DNA from: Promethearchaeota archaeon
Lineage (GTDB): Archaea > Asgardarchaeota > Lokiarchaeia > Sigyniarchaeales > SOKP01
DNA length: 64,000 nucleotides
Assembly: GCA_016840085.1 (NCBI GenBank)
Contig: JAEOTA010000084.1
Location: forward strand, 1-64,000
Reading direction: 5' to 3'
Both the position numbers and the translations under genes were made by a program. Below the pieces are notes generated by a model that was not told the DNA's origin, made no database searches, and saw nothing but the letters and a program-made list of their open reading frames with translations. This document shows, one piece after another, positions 49,534 through 60,646 of this stretch; position 1 is the stretch's first letter; every line of letters starts with the position of its first letter.

Positions 49534-50328
49534 TTATCGTCTTATTCTTTCTATTTTTTTCTTTAATTTAAAGATTCTATAAATATAAAACCCATATAAA
49601 AACCCAAGAATACAAAAAATAATAATGGATAAGATAAAAAGCGTTAAATTTATGAATGGCTCTTTCTTGAGAGGAGGTGAATTGATGGTTATTAGAACGA
49701 TTTCACTTTTTTTAATCCCATTGGGATATGAAGCAATATCTCCATAAGTTATGTTGAATGCATATGTTGTTCCATAATTCAACATTATATCTTCTTTATC
49801 TTCATCTGAACTATCAATTGGAATCGAGAATTCATAAGTTGATGTAACGCCTTCAAGTTTAGCGGATCCCTCACCATGATAAATTGTATCATTAATAAAA
49901 ACGCTTTTATTAATATTATAATCAAGGTAATCAAACGAAGCATTAAAAATATCAGTAAATTGAATGATTTTGGCATCAATAAAATCTTCTAGATCTTTAG
50001 AGGAACTATTTGATATCAAAATTCCTATAAATTCATTAACGCTATGATCATTGATTTCTATATTAAATTGTACAGAAAGAAAAAGATAATCATCATTTTG
50101 CATAACCCAGAATTTTATCGGTAATCCTGTTAAATTAATTTGAACTTTTGTAGCTTTATTCCATTCCTTAATTGAATCGTCAATATACCCATCTATAACA
50201 GGAGGCTCTCCAAATTCGGGAGTAATTTCTTCCGTTAATCCATAACCCTCTATAATAAATAGAAATGAAATTAAGGAAGTATTTGCTAATAGGATATAAA
50301 TAAGAAAATTAATAGTTAACTTCTTCAA
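49534..50328 (-). CDS. membrane-anchored extracellular protein, CBM9/DOMON-like
   Basis: Signal/TM, PPVIDGYID..EW, QNDDYLFL, YEFSIP, C-terminal TM. Confidence 0.65.
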   Translation of the reverse strand: MKKLTINFLIYILLANTSLISFLFIIEGYGLTEEITPEFGEPPVIDGYIDDSIKEWNKATKVQINLTGLPIKFWVMQNDDYLFLSVQFNIEINDHSVNEFIGILISNSSSKDLEDFIDAKIIQFTDIFNASFDYLDYNINKSVFINDTIYHGEGSAKLEGVTSTYEFSIPIDSSDEDKEDIMLNYGTTYAFNITYGDIASYPNGIKKSEIVLITINSPPLKKEPFINLTLFILSIIIFCILGFLYGFYIYRIFKLKKKIERIRR

Positions 50329-50541
50329 GATTTTAAAGTTGTTTATTATATAGTTTTTCTATTTTTAGTTTTATCTAATTTTAAAATTGATAATTAAAAG
50401 TTGTTTTTTAAATTTCGCATGTAATTATAATAAAACAATGAATATGATAATTTTCCTTGCTTTCCTCAAAAAAAAATAAATTTGTAAATTAATAAAACTA
50501 ATTAAATAAAGATAAAATTTTTAATTATACTTTTTCTCAAT

Positions 50542-51006
50542 TCAAGGTAAGAAATTTGGAAGGAATATTGCACAGTTGAATTTATTCATATAAGCAATGA
50601 TATAATTAATTAAGCGCATAATTTCTCTTTTCGCTTCTTGCATATTTTTATTGTTATATTCTGCAAATGGTTTAGGGCCTATCGCTACAAGAATTCCCGA
50701 TAAGTCTTTTTCTCTTTTAATAAAAAACCAAAAGGGTTTTTTCTTCTCATTATCTTTAACCATCAAAAGCATCCAAGGATTTAATGTCCAATCATCTTGA
50801 TCAGGTCCTACAACTTTTTCAATTGCCTTCTTAGTGAAATATTTTTTAGTTATTTTAATAGTTTTTGTAAGAGCATTAAAATAACTTCTTTTTATTTTTA
50901 AATACCCACCAAAATAGGATTTAGCATCAAATAATTCAAGTACTTTATCAGTTTCATCAGAAAATTTTAAAAATACTTTCCAAAGATTCATACTCAATTG
51001 TCTCAA
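50542..51006 (-). CDS. hypothetical protein
   Basis: 154 aa ORF coupled to the upstream gene. Confidence 0.7.
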   Translation of the reverse strand: MRQLSMNLWKVFLKFSDETDKVLELFDAKSYFGGYLKIKRSYFNALTKTIKITKKYFTKKAIEKVVGPDQDDWTLNPWMLLMVKDNEKKKPFWFFIKREKDLSGILVAIGPKPFAEYNNKNMQEAKREIMRLINYIIAYMNKFNCAIFLPNFLP

Positions 51007-51431
51007 ATATTTTTTAATCCAATTTCCTCTATTTTTATTTCTTTGAATATATTTTTAATGTTGTCTAAAGATGCTTTTAAATCCTTGCTTTTTTCCTCAG
51101 ATAAACTTAAATTTAAATAACATTCAAAGAATAAGTGTTTTTTTATTTTTAAAAACCCTGATGTATGGATAACTTGAAATTTTTGAAGAATTTTTGTAAC
51201 TTTTTTAAAAATTTTATTTGATAAATTCCCTCCAAATAAAGTTATTTTTATAATATTTTGTCTATTTATGGGATATATAGTTAATCTTAAAGATTCTTCA
51301 GTAATTGAATGAATTACTAATAGATATTTACAATTCTCTAAAATCTTTAATTCATTTAGAGAAATATTTAAAACTGTTTTAGGAAATTCACTAATATGTT
51401 GAATATAGGCATTTGTTATTCGTGATATCAT
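51003..51431 (-). CDS. hypothetical protein with ACT-like C-terminal domain
   Basis: beta-alpha-beta-beta-alpha-beta pattern (IHTSGF..FECYL..IKIEEI). Confidence 0.55.
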   Translation of the reverse strand: MISRITNAYIQHISEFPKTVLNISLNELKILENCKYLLVIHSITEESLRLTIYPINRQNIIKITLFGGNLSNKIFKKVTKILQKFQVIHTSGFLKIKKHLFFECYLNLSLSEEKSKDLKASLDNIKNIFKEIKIEEIGLKNI

Positions 51432-51482
51432 ATTTCATATTAATCTTTTTATTTTAATTTAAATAATCTTATTTTTCTTCTT

Positions 51483-51809
51483 TTATATTTCTAAGTGCTT
51501 CTTTATTGATTTTATAGTACCAGATGTTCTTAAAGGAGAGAAAATTACTCTTTTCCCATTTATATCCCTTATAAGTGTTACTGCTGTTATTATAATCTCT
51601 TTAGTTTCATGAGAGCATCTTATAATCCCTTGATTTTTTTCTAAATCAAGATCTACCAACCATAATCCAATTTTATTGGCTCCTTTCATACCAAAGTATC
51701 GCCATATTGATTGCCAAATAGCTTTTAAAATGTTATTTTGCTCTAATATTAAGTTATCCTCTTTAATTATATTAAAAAGGATATATCTTTGCCTTTCTTT
51801 TTTAACTAT
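51483..51809 (-). CDS. rnp2: RNase P protein Pop5/Rpp14 (full frame starts at ATA 51809)
   Basis: Upstream of the called ATG 51689 the frame reads IVKKERQRYILF..IWRYFG; C-terminal GIIRC, RTSGTIK; SD GGAGGGGTGA; adjacent to rpp30. Confidence 0.9.
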   Translation of the reverse strand: MVKKERQRYILFNIIKEDNLILEQNNILKAIWQSIWRYFGMKGANKIGLWLVDLDLEKNQGIIRCSHETKEIIITAVTLIRDINGKRVIFSPLRTSGTIKSIKKHLEI

Positions 51810-52530
51810 GATTCACCCCTCCTGAAATTATACTTACATCTGAATCAATTATATCTTCTTTATCTTTATGAATTTCTTCTAACAATAATCTTGGATTTAG
51901 ACCGAAAGCTTTTTTTGCTATTTCTATTGGAATTTCTAAAAGTGAATTGCAGATGCTTATTAAAGCTCTAGGATGGCGATAATCAAACACATTATAAAAA
52001 TTTCCGCTTATAATAAAATTCGCCTTTAATTTAATAGCTAATTGAGTATATCTATATAAATTTCTAAAATTTTTAGATTGGATTTTCTTATCGCTCACCA
52101 TAATTGGAGCTAAAGAGAATTCTATAAATGATTTATTTTGTTTAGATAAGGAAATAATCCCAGCAGAAAGTTTTTTTATTATTTCTGTGTCAGAAAAAGA
52201 GACAATTCCTACTCTTGAATCTTTAGCAGCATGTAATAGTACCTCTCTATTTAAGGATTCAACCGATATAACATCAGAAAAATTATTATAATTCTTTATT
52301 TCTTTTTTAAAATTTCCAATATTAGTTGTTTTCAAATTAATTCGATAAAAAATATTTATATTTGTCTGCTTTTCTATTTCTTTCTTAATCTCTAAAGGAA
52401 TTTTTTTTACATGATTTATAGGCTCTATTATTACATTCTTTATACCTAATTTCTCACAAAAATTTAAACAGCTTTTAATTTTTTTAAAATCTTCAATCTT
52501 TATAGGTAGTCTTGATTCAAAATATGACAA
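51802..52530 (-). CDS. rnp3: RNase P protein Rpp30
   Basis: AAKDSRV, IEFSLAP, IISGNF..DYRHPRAL. Confidence 0.88.
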   Translation of the reverse strand: MSYFESRLPIKIEDFKKIKSCLNFCEKLGIKNVIIEPINHVKKIPLEIKKEIEKQTNINIFYRINLKTTNIGNFKKEIKNYNNFSDVISVESLNREVLLHAAKDSRVGIVSFSDTEIIKKLSAGIISLSKQNKSFIEFSLAPIMVSDKKIQSKNFRNLYRYTQLAIKLKANFIISGNFYNVFDYRHPRALISICNSLLEIPIEIAKKAFGLNPRLLLEEIHKDKEDIIDSDVSIISGGVNHS

Positions 52531-52655
52531 AGGGACAATTACCTCTTAATTTTAGCTTAATATTATATAATTATCTTAGGATATCAAAAAATAAAAAAAT
52601 TTTATTATAAATAAATATTAAAAAGGTTAGTCTTTTAAAAAAATGAGGTTTTCTC

Positions 52656-53942
52656 GTGAATAAAAAAAGAAAACTCTCCGAAATAAGAAAAAAAATAGAA
52701 AAAGGTACCGCTGTTGTATTAACTGTCCAAGAACTAATAGATCGTATTAGTGAAGGTGAAAAAGTTCAATTTGAAGATATTGATATAGTCACAACCGCTA
52801 CTAAAGCACTTATGAGTGGAATAATGGGGATATTTTCTTTCCGACTTTCACCTCCAAAAACTTTGAGAAAATTTACAGAAGTTGATATAAATGGGATACC
52901 TACTTTCCCTGGACCATGCCCAAATGAATATTTAGGCATAGTTGATTTAATTATATATGGAACAGCTCAAAGTAAAACTATAGAAAATTATTGCGGGGGT
53001 TCTCTTTTTAGAGAAATAGTTGAGGGAAAATCTTTAGAAATTATTGCAAAAAGTTCTGAGGGCGAAAATATTGAAAAGGAAATGACAATAGAAGATATGC
53101 AATTCGCTAAATTAATGGGCACAAGGCAAGCTATTAAAAACTATTATGCAATGATTAATTGTGAATCATATGCAGTAGATACAATATTCTCATGTCTCCC
53201 TTTTGAACCTAAAACAGAGATCACATTTTCAGGTTGTGGTGCATTAAATCCTTTTCAAAACGATCCCAAATTTGAAACTTTTGGTGTTGGATCCCCTATA
53301 CTTGTTAATGGTAATATTGGATATCTCATAGGGCCAGGTACTAGGAATTACATAGCAAAACCAAACATGATGGCTATAGCCCCAATGTTGGGCATGAAAC
53401 CAGAATATATGGGTGCTTTTAAAACTTCATATGGATTAGAACCAATTTGTAGTATTGCAGTTCCTATTCCAATTCTTAATGAGAGAATCTTTAATAACAT
53501 AGTAAAATTTGATAAAGAAGTTCCTTTAACAATATTAAGTCTTGTAGGAAGAGAAAAAGTTGGTGAAATTGCTTACGGTGATGTATGGGATAATAATTTT
53601 CTTATTAAATTTGTTCCAAATGCATGTAATAACTGTAAAATTTGTAATGTCATAGATAATTGTCCTACAAATGCGTTTATCATTATAGATGGCAAAATCA
53701 CAGCAATAAATCGTTCCCGTTGCTTTAATTGTGGAAATTGCGCAAGATTATGCCCCGAAGCATTTAAGTTGGACCTAAAAACTATTAAATTTGAAAATCA
53801 TGAGATCCCAGTTGTTTTAAGACAATCAGATAGATATGGGGCTATAAAATTAGCAGAACAATTAAAATCTATGATTCTAAAAGGAAAGTTTCCTTTAAAA
53901 AAGCCAACAGGCGAATTAGATTTTGCTGAACAAGTAAAATAA
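52656..53942 (+). CDS. DUF39 / methanogenesis-marker-16-like protein with C-terminal 2x[4Fe-4S] ferredoxin (homocysteine biosynthesis family)
   Basis: AVVLTVQE, DIVTTAT, GPCPNE, SGCGALNPFQNDP, CxxCxxC..CP twice, RQSDR. Confidence 0.85.
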   Translation: MNKKRKLSEIRKKIEKGTAVVLTVQELIDRISEGEKVQFEDIDIVTTATKALMSGIMGIFSFRLSPPKTLRKFTEVDINGIPTFPGPCPNEYLGIVDLIIYGTAQSKTIENYCGGSLFREIVEGKSLEIIAKSSEGENIEKEMTIEDMQFAKLMGTRQAIKNYYAMINCESYAVDTIFSCLPFEPKTEITFSGCGALNPFQNDPKFETFGVGSPILVNGNIGYLIGPGTRNYIAKPNMMAIAPMLGMKPEYMGAFKTSYGLEPICSIAVPIPILNERIFNNIVKFDKEVPLTILSLVGREKVGEIAYGDVWDNNFLIKFVPNACNNCKICNVIDNCPTNAFIIIDGKITAINRSRCFNCGNCARLCPEAFKLDLKTIKFENHEIPVVLRQSDRYGAIKLAEQLKSMILKGKFPLKKPTGELDFAEQVK

Positions 53943-53969
53943 TAAATTACAGAAACTGATAAATTTTAT

Positions 53970-54413
53970 ATGAAAAATCTAAAATTAGACAAATTTGATC
54001 AAATTGGTATAATAGTGAAAGATATCGAACGATCCTCTCAATATTTTGGTAATTTATTCGATTTTAAAGATAAATTAAAATTAGTGGGACAAACTAATAC
54101 TGTTTTGTATAAAGGAAAAGAAGCTACATTCAAAATGAAAAAAATCATGCAGAATTTTGGAGGAAAGCAATTTGAAGTCATTGAATTAATTGAATCAAAT
54201 GGAGATCACTTGTATTCAGAATTTCTTAAAGAAGGAAAAGAAGGAATCCATCACTTAGGAATATATACTAAAAATGCAGATGCATTTATCGAATATTTTA
54301 AAAGTGAATATGATATTGATGTTATTCAAACCGGAAAATATGGTAAAGTAAAATTTGATTATTTAGATACTAAAGAAACTCTCGGCTTTTATTTAGAATT
54401 AATTTCTTTTTAA
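53970..54413 (+). CDS. VOC/glyoxalase family (methylmalonyl-CoA epimerase-like)
   Basis: DQIGIIVKD, FEVIE, EGIHHLG, YLDT..LELI. Confidence 0.88.
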   Translation: MKNLKLDKFDQIGIIVKDIERSSQYFGNLFDFKDKLKLVGQTNTVLYKGKEATFKMKKIMQNFGGKQFEVIELIESNGDHLYSEFLKEGKEGIHHLGIYTKNADAFIEYFKSEYDIDVIQTGKYGKVKFDYLDTKETLGFYLELISF

Positions 54414-54485
54414 TGATGTTCTTTTTTTTTTAATAATTTTAGTGTTTTACCAAAATTTATTTTTCATTTTTAATAACTTTTTAAT

Positions 54486-56222
54486 ATGTCTAAACAAACA
54501 TTAGATGGCGGGGATTTAGTTGTTAAATGCCTATTAAAGGAAGGTGTTTCTAAAATCTTTGGTATAGTTGGTGGAGAATTATTAACCATCTATGATGCTA
54601 TTGAACGATGGGGAAGGGAAGAAGGTATTGACACTGTAATGGTGAGACATGAGCAAGCCGCGGGTCACATGGCTGATGCTTGGGCACGTGCAACAGGAGA
54701 AATTGGAGTATGTATGGGTACAGCTGGACCAGGTGTAACTCATTTAGTACCCGCAGTTGCAGCTGCAAATGCTGATTCAATACCCGTGTTAATTATTGGT
54801 GCTCAAATTGCAAGAATGTTTGACGATACAGGTATTTTACAAGGAGGACTCGATCAAATAGCTTTAATGAAACCAATAACAAAATTACAAATTTCTGTAG
54901 AACATCCATATGAGATACCACATGCAATACAAAGATGCATTAAAACAGCCATGTCTGGGAGAAAGGGTCCAGTCTTTCTTGAATTAAGAGAAACGGCGTT
55001 AGTAAGAAACGCAAGTGAAGAAGATATGAGGAAAATTATAGATCCAAATCAATATCGAGCCATTCTTCGACCTGCTGGTAATCCAGAGGAAATAAAAAGA
55101 GCTATTAATGTTTTAAAGACAGCAAAAAAGCCAATAATTATAGCTGGAGGCGGTGTTAATGCTTCTGAAGGCCATAATGATTTAATAAAATTATCTGAGA
55201 CCTATGTAATACCCACAGCAACATCCTTTAATGGTGTTGGTACTATTGGAAAAGATAAAAAAACCTTTATAGGTTCTAAATTGACCGCTAGTGCATATAG
55301 AAATGCTGCCTCTGAAGCAGATGTAATTCTATCTCTTGGTTGTAGCTGGAATTACACATTATTTTATGGTGCTCCACCGATTTGGGACCAAACTCAAAAA
55401 ATTATTCAAGTTGATATCGATCCCAATGAAATAGGTAAAAATAGACCCGTTAACGTAAGTATTATTGGAGATGCTAAAGTTGTTATCCAACAACTATTGA
55501 AAGAGATGGAAGAAAGTCTTCCTAAAGAAAAAATTTCGGAATGGTCTGAATGGAACGATTATTTACAAGAGATTAGAAAACAAGATGATTTAGAAATCCA
55601 AAAAATACTAAAATCCAAAAAATTACCTATGAAACCTCATAGACTAGTATTTGAAGTTTTAGATTTTTTCCCTCCTGATATTCAGCTAGTAATTGATGGT
55701 GGTGATATATTTGTTTTTACAATGGATTTAATTAATATTAAAAATCGTCCCCCAAGAAGTTTCTTCCGTTCTGTGTCAATGGGTCATTTAGGAACAGGAA
55801 TCCCTTATGCGATTGGTGTTAAAATAGCTAAACCGGATAAAATTGTAGTATGTATAACAGGAGATGGTAGCTTTATGTTTACTGTACAAGAATTAGAAAC
55901 TGCTGTAAGATTAAATCTTCCTATAATAGTAATTATTGGAAATAATTGCGCGTGGGGTATGATAAAGTCAAATCAAAAACTTAACTTGGGGAAAAGATAC
56001 TGTGATGTAGATTTTCCACCAATAAATTATGCAGAAATCGCTCGAGGTTTTGGATGTTATGTAGAGAAGATAAGTAAACCTGAAGATATAAAACCAGCAT
56101 TACAACATGCCATTGATTCAAAAAAACCAGCAGTGATTGATGTAGATATAAGCTTTGAAACACCAACTGCTATGAAATTACTTGGTCTTTATAAAAAGAA
56201 TAAAGGTCTTCTTGAAAGATAA
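54486..56222 (+). CDS. ThDP-dependent enzyme, acetolactate synthase / 2-hydroxyacyl-CoA lyase superfamily
   Basis: RHEQAAGHMADAWAR, GPG, GDGSF...NN ThDP motif. Confidence 0.92.
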   Translation: MSKQTLDGGDLVVKCLLKEGVSKIFGIVGGELLTIYDAIERWGREEGIDTVMVRHEQAAGHMADAWARATGEIGVCMGTAGPGVTHLVPAVAAANADSIPVLIIGAQIARMFDDTGILQGGLDQIALMKPITKLQISVEHPYEIPHAIQRCIKTAMSGRKGPVFLELRETALVRNASEEDMRKIIDPNQYRAILRPAGNPEEIKRAINVLKTAKKPIIIAGGGVNASEGHNDLIKLSETYVIPTATSFNGVGTIGKDKKTFIGSKLTASAYRNAASEADVILSLGCSWNYTLFYGAPPIWDQTQKIIQVDIDPNEIGKNRPVNVSIIGDAKVVIQQLLKEMEESLPKEKISEWSEWNDYLQEIRKQDDLEIQKILKSKKLPMKPHRLVFEVLDFFPPDIQLVIDGGDIFVFTMDLINIKNRPPRSFFRSVSMGHLGTGIPYAIGVKIAKPDKIVVCITGDGSFMFTVQELETAVRLNLPIIVIIGNNCAWGMIKSNQKLNLGKRYCDVDFPPINYAEIARGFGCYVEKISKPEDIKPALQHAIDSKKPAVIDVDISFETPTAMKLLGLYKKNKGLLER

Positions 56223-56257
56223 TAATTAAAAAAAAAAATTTTTAAAGTGACACAAAA

Positions 56258-57055
56258 ATGAAAAATTTTGGATTATTAAAAGAAAAAGTAACCTTAGTTA
56301 CAGGGGCAGGGAGTGGTTTTGGGCGTGAAATGGCAATCGCATTTGCAAGTTATGGTTCCAATTTAGTTTTAAATGATATAAACCTTGAAAGTATTGAAAA
56401 AACTAGAGATTTGATCTTAAAATCTTATGAGGTTGATGTTCTAACCGTAAATGCAGATATTACTGATGAAAAACAAGTTTTTGAAATGAATAAAAAAGTT
56501 TTTAACAAATTTGATAATGTATTTGTATTAGTGAACAATGCAGGCGTAAGAGGAGGCACTTCTTCTTTGAAAACTAAAACTAAAGATTACGACAGAGTTA
56601 TGGAAGTAAATGTGAAAGGAGCATGGAATGTAACAAGAAATTTTTTTAAGAAGATGAAAAAACAGAAATTTACTCCAGTTGCTGGAAAAATAATTAATAT
56701 AACCTCTTGTGCTGGTACAGAATGTGGACTAAATCCTTTTATAGGTATTTATAGCGTCAGTAAAGCAGCTCTTATTGCTTTTACTAAACTATGGGCACTT
56801 GAATTAGGTCCAAGTAATATAACTGTTAATGCAATATGTCCCGGGATTTTTCTAACACCAATGTATAATAATGATGAAAATTTTATTAGGGAATGGATTA
56901 AATTAAGAAATATCAAACTTCCGCTTGACAAAATTGGAGAAAGTAAACAAGTTGCTGATGTAGCTTTATTTTTAGCCTCACCAGCAGCAGATTATATAAC
57001 AGGGCAGAACATCATCCTTGATGGCGGTATGACAATTAGTATTAATAAGCTATAA
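56258..57055 (+). CDS. short-chain dehydrogenase/reductase
   Basis: TGAGSGFG, NNAG, YSVSK, YITGQ..DGG. Confidence 0.95.
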   Translation: MKNFGLLKEKVTLVTGAGSGFGREMAIAFASYGSNLVLNDINLESIEKTRDLILKSYEVDVLTVNADITDEKQVFEMNKKVFNKFDNVFVLVNNAGVRGGTSSLKTKTKDYDRVMEVNVKGAWNVTRNFFKKMKKQKFTPVAGKIINITSCAGTECGLNPFIGIYSVSKAALIAFTKLWALELGPSNITVNAICPGIFLTPMYNNDENFIREWIKLRNIKLPLDKIGESKQVADVALFLASPAADYITGQNIILDGGMTISINKL

Positions 57056-57245
57056 TATAATATTATATAATCCTACATTTTTAATTACATTTTGCTAAAT
57101 TTTTCTTTCTATATTGTTATTATTGTTCTAAAATTTAATTGAAAATTCAAGTCTTAATATTCATTTCTTTTCTAAGAAAAAATACTCTGGGCTTTAAATT
57201 TATTATTTTCAAATTAATTTCAAATAAAATTTACTTAATATTCCC

Positions 57246-58517
57246 ATGAGTCTAAGTAAAAATAGAATTTATTTTGGGTTTTTTATGATTTATTATACAA
57301 TTAGCATTTTTGATGCCCTATTCATCATTTATATTCCTTTATATTACTTAAACATATTAAATGTTAATCGTGTTAAATTGTCTTTTATACAAAGTTTAAC
57401 ATATTTAACTCTATTTGTAACTCCACTTTTAGGTTTTCTCTATGATAAGTATATAAAAAAAGAAATCCAAAGCAAAATGATTCTTTATCTTTCTTGTATT
57501 ACATTATGTAGTAGCTTTCTAATTTTCATTTTTTTTAAAGAAATACTACTGCTATATGGAATTTTTGTGTTTATTTACTTTTTCTCTAAATCATTAATAA
57601 GAACAGGAATGAGTAGTTTATTTTTAAGTATGGTTAAAGAATCGAAGGATATTAAATTAACTCTCATTTTACTAGTTAATACAGCTACTATAGTTGGATA
57701 TTTAGGAGTCTCTCTAATTTTTAATTTTAATGTATTAAATATTAACTCATTAAATTTTTGGAATATATTTTTTCTCATAGGATGGGTTTTTTCCCTTCCA
57801 ATTATTATTGTAATCGGTTTTTTTATTAAGAAAGTTCAATTTTTTAATGAAAACATAAATATCGAAAATGAATCAATTAATAATATTGAATTCAACCTTA
57901 GTAAATATGAAATTATTTTAATGGGTGTTATATACTTCTCATGCATATTAGCGACATCAGACTTATTAATTTCATATCCTTTAAGTTCCTGGATTTTTAA
58001 CAAATTCAATGAAACTGGATTCAGAATATATAGTTCTCTTTATTTTGTGTTTATTATATGTTCAATTTTTGGACTTTATATAGCAAATCTTCTATGTAAC
58101 AAATATAATGAAAAAAAAGTAATGGTTATTTTTCTCTATTTATATGCGGCTTTGTTATTCCCAATAACAATTTCTAATTTTCCAATGTTTATGATTTTAA
58201 ACTCTTTTCTTTCTATTATAGCATATATCATTACTGTAGCTTATACATCTTTAATAACAGATTTTTCTAATAAAGGCAAATATAAAACATTTAAATATCA
58301 ATTTCTTCAGAGTTCTTCCTCATTAGCTAGTACTCTTTATATTCCTTTAGGAACTTTATATTTCGGTATAATAACTGTTGAAACACTTATAATTATTTCT
58401 AGTATATTGATTGGAATTTCAGGAATATTTATTTTATCAACATTTCCTATTGATAAAATAATTGATCAAAGGAAAAAAGAGATTAAAATAGAAGAAACTA
58501 TAGATGTAATATCTTAG
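57246..58517 (+). CDS. MFS transporter
   Basis: About 12 TM, GFLYDKY loop motif. Confidence 0.8.
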   Translation: MSLSKNRIYFGFFMIYYTISIFDALFIIYIPLYYLNILNVNRVKLSFIQSLTYLTLFVTPLLGFLYDKYIKKEIQSKMILYLSCITLCSSFLIFIFFKEILLLYGIFVFIYFFSKSLIRTGMSSLFLSMVKESKDIKLTLILLVNTATIVGYLGVSLIFNFNVLNINSLNFWNIFFLIGWVFSLPIIIVIGFFIKKVQFFNENINIENESINNIEFNLSKYEIILMGVIYFSCILATSDLLISYPLSSWIFNKFNETGFRIYSSLYFVFIICSIFGLYIANLLCNKYNEKKVMVIFLYLYAALLFPITISNFPMFMILNSFLSIIAYIITVAYTSLITDFSNKGKYKTFKYQFLQSSSSLASTLYIPLGTLYFGIITVETLIIISSILIGISGIFILSTFPIDKIIDQRKKEIKIEETIDVIS

Positions 58518-59010
58518 TAAAAAAAAACTTGTTAAAAAAATATCTCAATAAACGCAGTAAAAATATAAGGAATTTCACTCAATTAAATATCTACCATTTC
58601 ATATTGAAAAATTGTTTTTTATCATCGAATAACGATCAATAAATTTTCGATAGTCATTTGGAAATCTTAATATGATTACAGTAATTATGAAATCTCCATA
58701 GATCTTTTTGATCTCATTTTCATTATATTTAAGTATTCGATTTCTATTAATAAATATTTTAATGCAAGTTCCTTTTTTATAACTTTAAACTCTTTTATAA
58801 TATCCTAGTGATTTTATATGATTTCTGTTTTAAAATTATTGATTTATTTATTATAACGAAAAATAATTGGAATTATAATTTTACTAATTTTAGCTTTCAT
58901 TATCATACTCACTGAAATTTTAATTAATTTTCGTAAACTTTTTTAATTTTATGACTTAGAGATCTATATAAATCAAAACAAAAATATAACAATTGAAAAG
59001 TGAATAATAA

Positions 59011-60615
59011 ATGGCGCAATTATCTGGTGTCCCAATCCTTATATTGAAAGAAGGGACTGAACGAAAAACAGGAAAAGATGCTCAAAAAAATAATATAGCA
59101 GCAGCAAAAGCAGTAGCTGAAGCTGTAAGAACTACCCTTGGCCCAAAAGGAATGGATAAAATGCTTGTTGACTCTTTAGGAGATGTTACAATAACAAATG
59201 ATGGTGCAACAATTTTAGATACAATAGATGTTGAACATCCCGCTGCTAAAATGATCGTTGAGGTTGCTAAAACTCAAGATGAAAAAGTTGGAGATGGAAC
59301 AACTACTAGCGTTATTATATCTGGAGAATTATTAAATCTTGCTGTAGAGTTAATGGAACAATCAGTTCATCCTACAATAATATTTAGGGGATATAGAAAA
59401 GCTTTATTAAAGAGTAAAGAAATTTTAAAAGATTTAGCAAAGAAAATCGATATTAATGACAATGACATCCTATTAAAAGTTGCTGAAACTTCTATGAATA
59501 GCAAACTAATTGCAGGTGTAAAAAGTCATTTTGCTGATATCGCTGTTAGAGCTGTGAGTCAAATCAAAGAAGCACGTGGTGAAAATATAGTAATTGATTT
59601 AGATCAAATTCAAATCATTAAAAAGGAAGGAAAAAGTCTTTTAGACACAACCATGATTGATGGAATTATTGTCGATAAAGAAGTAGTTCATCCCATGATG
59701 CCAAAGTCAATAAAAAACGCAACTATTGCCTTAATAAGCTCATCATTAGAAGTCGAAAAAACTGAATTTGACGCTGAAATAAGAGTACAAACACCTGATC
59801 AAATTAATAAATTTCTTGAAGAAGAAGCGAATATGCTAAAAAAAAGGGCGATAAAATTAAAAGAAATCGGAGCTAACGTTGTTTTTTGTCAAAAGGGTGT
59901 TGATGATAAAGCACAAAATTTTTTAGCAAAAGAAGATATATTATGTGTTCGAAGAGTAAAAAGATCTGATATGGAAAAACTTGCGAGAGCCACTAATGCA
60001 AAAATAATAAATAATATTTTTGAAATTTCTCCAGATGATTTAGGAAAAGCAGGAAAAGTTGAAGAAAAGAAGATAGGAGATGATAATATGATTTTTATTT
60101 CAGAATGTGCGGATCCTAAGGCAGTAAGTATTTTAATAAGGGCAGGCATCGAACATGTTGTTGATGAAGCAGAGAGGATGTTAAATGATGCGTTATCTGT
60201 AGTAAAAGCAGCAATAGAATTACCCTACATCTTACCTGGGGGCGGAGCTTCTGAAATTGAATTAGCAAAAAGATTGAGAACATATGCGAGAACAATTGGT
60301 GGTAGAGAACAACTAGCTATTGAAATATATGCTAATGCTTTAGAGATAATACCTAAAACATTAGTTGAGAATGCGGGATATAATCCTGTAGATTTAATCG
60401 TTGAGCTGAGATCGAAGCATGAATCGGAAGAAGGAAATTCGAATGGTATAAACATTGATACCGGTAAACCAGACGATATGATAAAATTAGGGGTGTTAGA
60501 ACCTTTATCTGTTTTAACTCAAGCAATTCAATCTGCAACTGAAGTATCATCAATGATTTTAAAAATTGATGATGTTATTGCAGCCTCTACATTATCTAAA
60601 GCTGGTGAAGAATAA
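59011..60615 (+). CDS. ths: thermosome (group II chaperonin) subunit
   Basis: [40 protein letters not shown]. Confidence 0.99.
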   Translation: MAQLSGVPILILKEGTERKTGKDAQKNNIAAAKAVAEAVRTTLGPKGMDKMLVDSLGDVTITNDGATILDTIDVEHPAAKMIVEVAKTQDEKVGDGTTTSVIISGELLNLAVELMEQSVHPTIIFRGYRKALLKSKEILKDLAKKIDINDNDILLKVAETSMNSKLIAGVKSHFADIAVRAVSQIKEARGENIVIDLDQIQIIKKEGKSLLDTTMIDGIIVDKEVVHPMMPKSIKNATIALISSSLEVEKTEFDAEIRVQTPDQINKFLEEEANMLKKRAIKLKEIGANVVFCQKGVDDKAQNFLAKEDILCVRRVKRSDMEKLARATNAKIINNIFEISPDDLGKAGKVEEKKIGDDNMIFISECADPKAVSILIRAGIEHVVDEAERMLNDALSVVKAAIELPYILPGGGASEIELAKRLRTYARTIGGREQLAIEIYANALEIIPKTLVENAGYNPVDLIVELRSKHESEEGNSNGINIDTGKPDDMIKLGVLEPLSVLTQAIQSATEVSSMILKIDDVIAASTLSKAGEE

Positions 60616-60646
60616 AGTCTTATAGATTTTTTTATTTTCTATTTTT

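Noticed and set aside
54414-54485. Leader-peptide attenuator before the ALS-like gene (by analogy to trpB2)
   Set aside because: Only T-rich terminator-like sequence; no Ile/Leu/Val-rich uORF with competing stems.
58518-59010. Long intergenic gap with a minus-strand fragment FPNDYRKFIDRY resembling SMI1/KNR4
   Set aside because: Similarity is limited to a few residues, with no start or complete domain.
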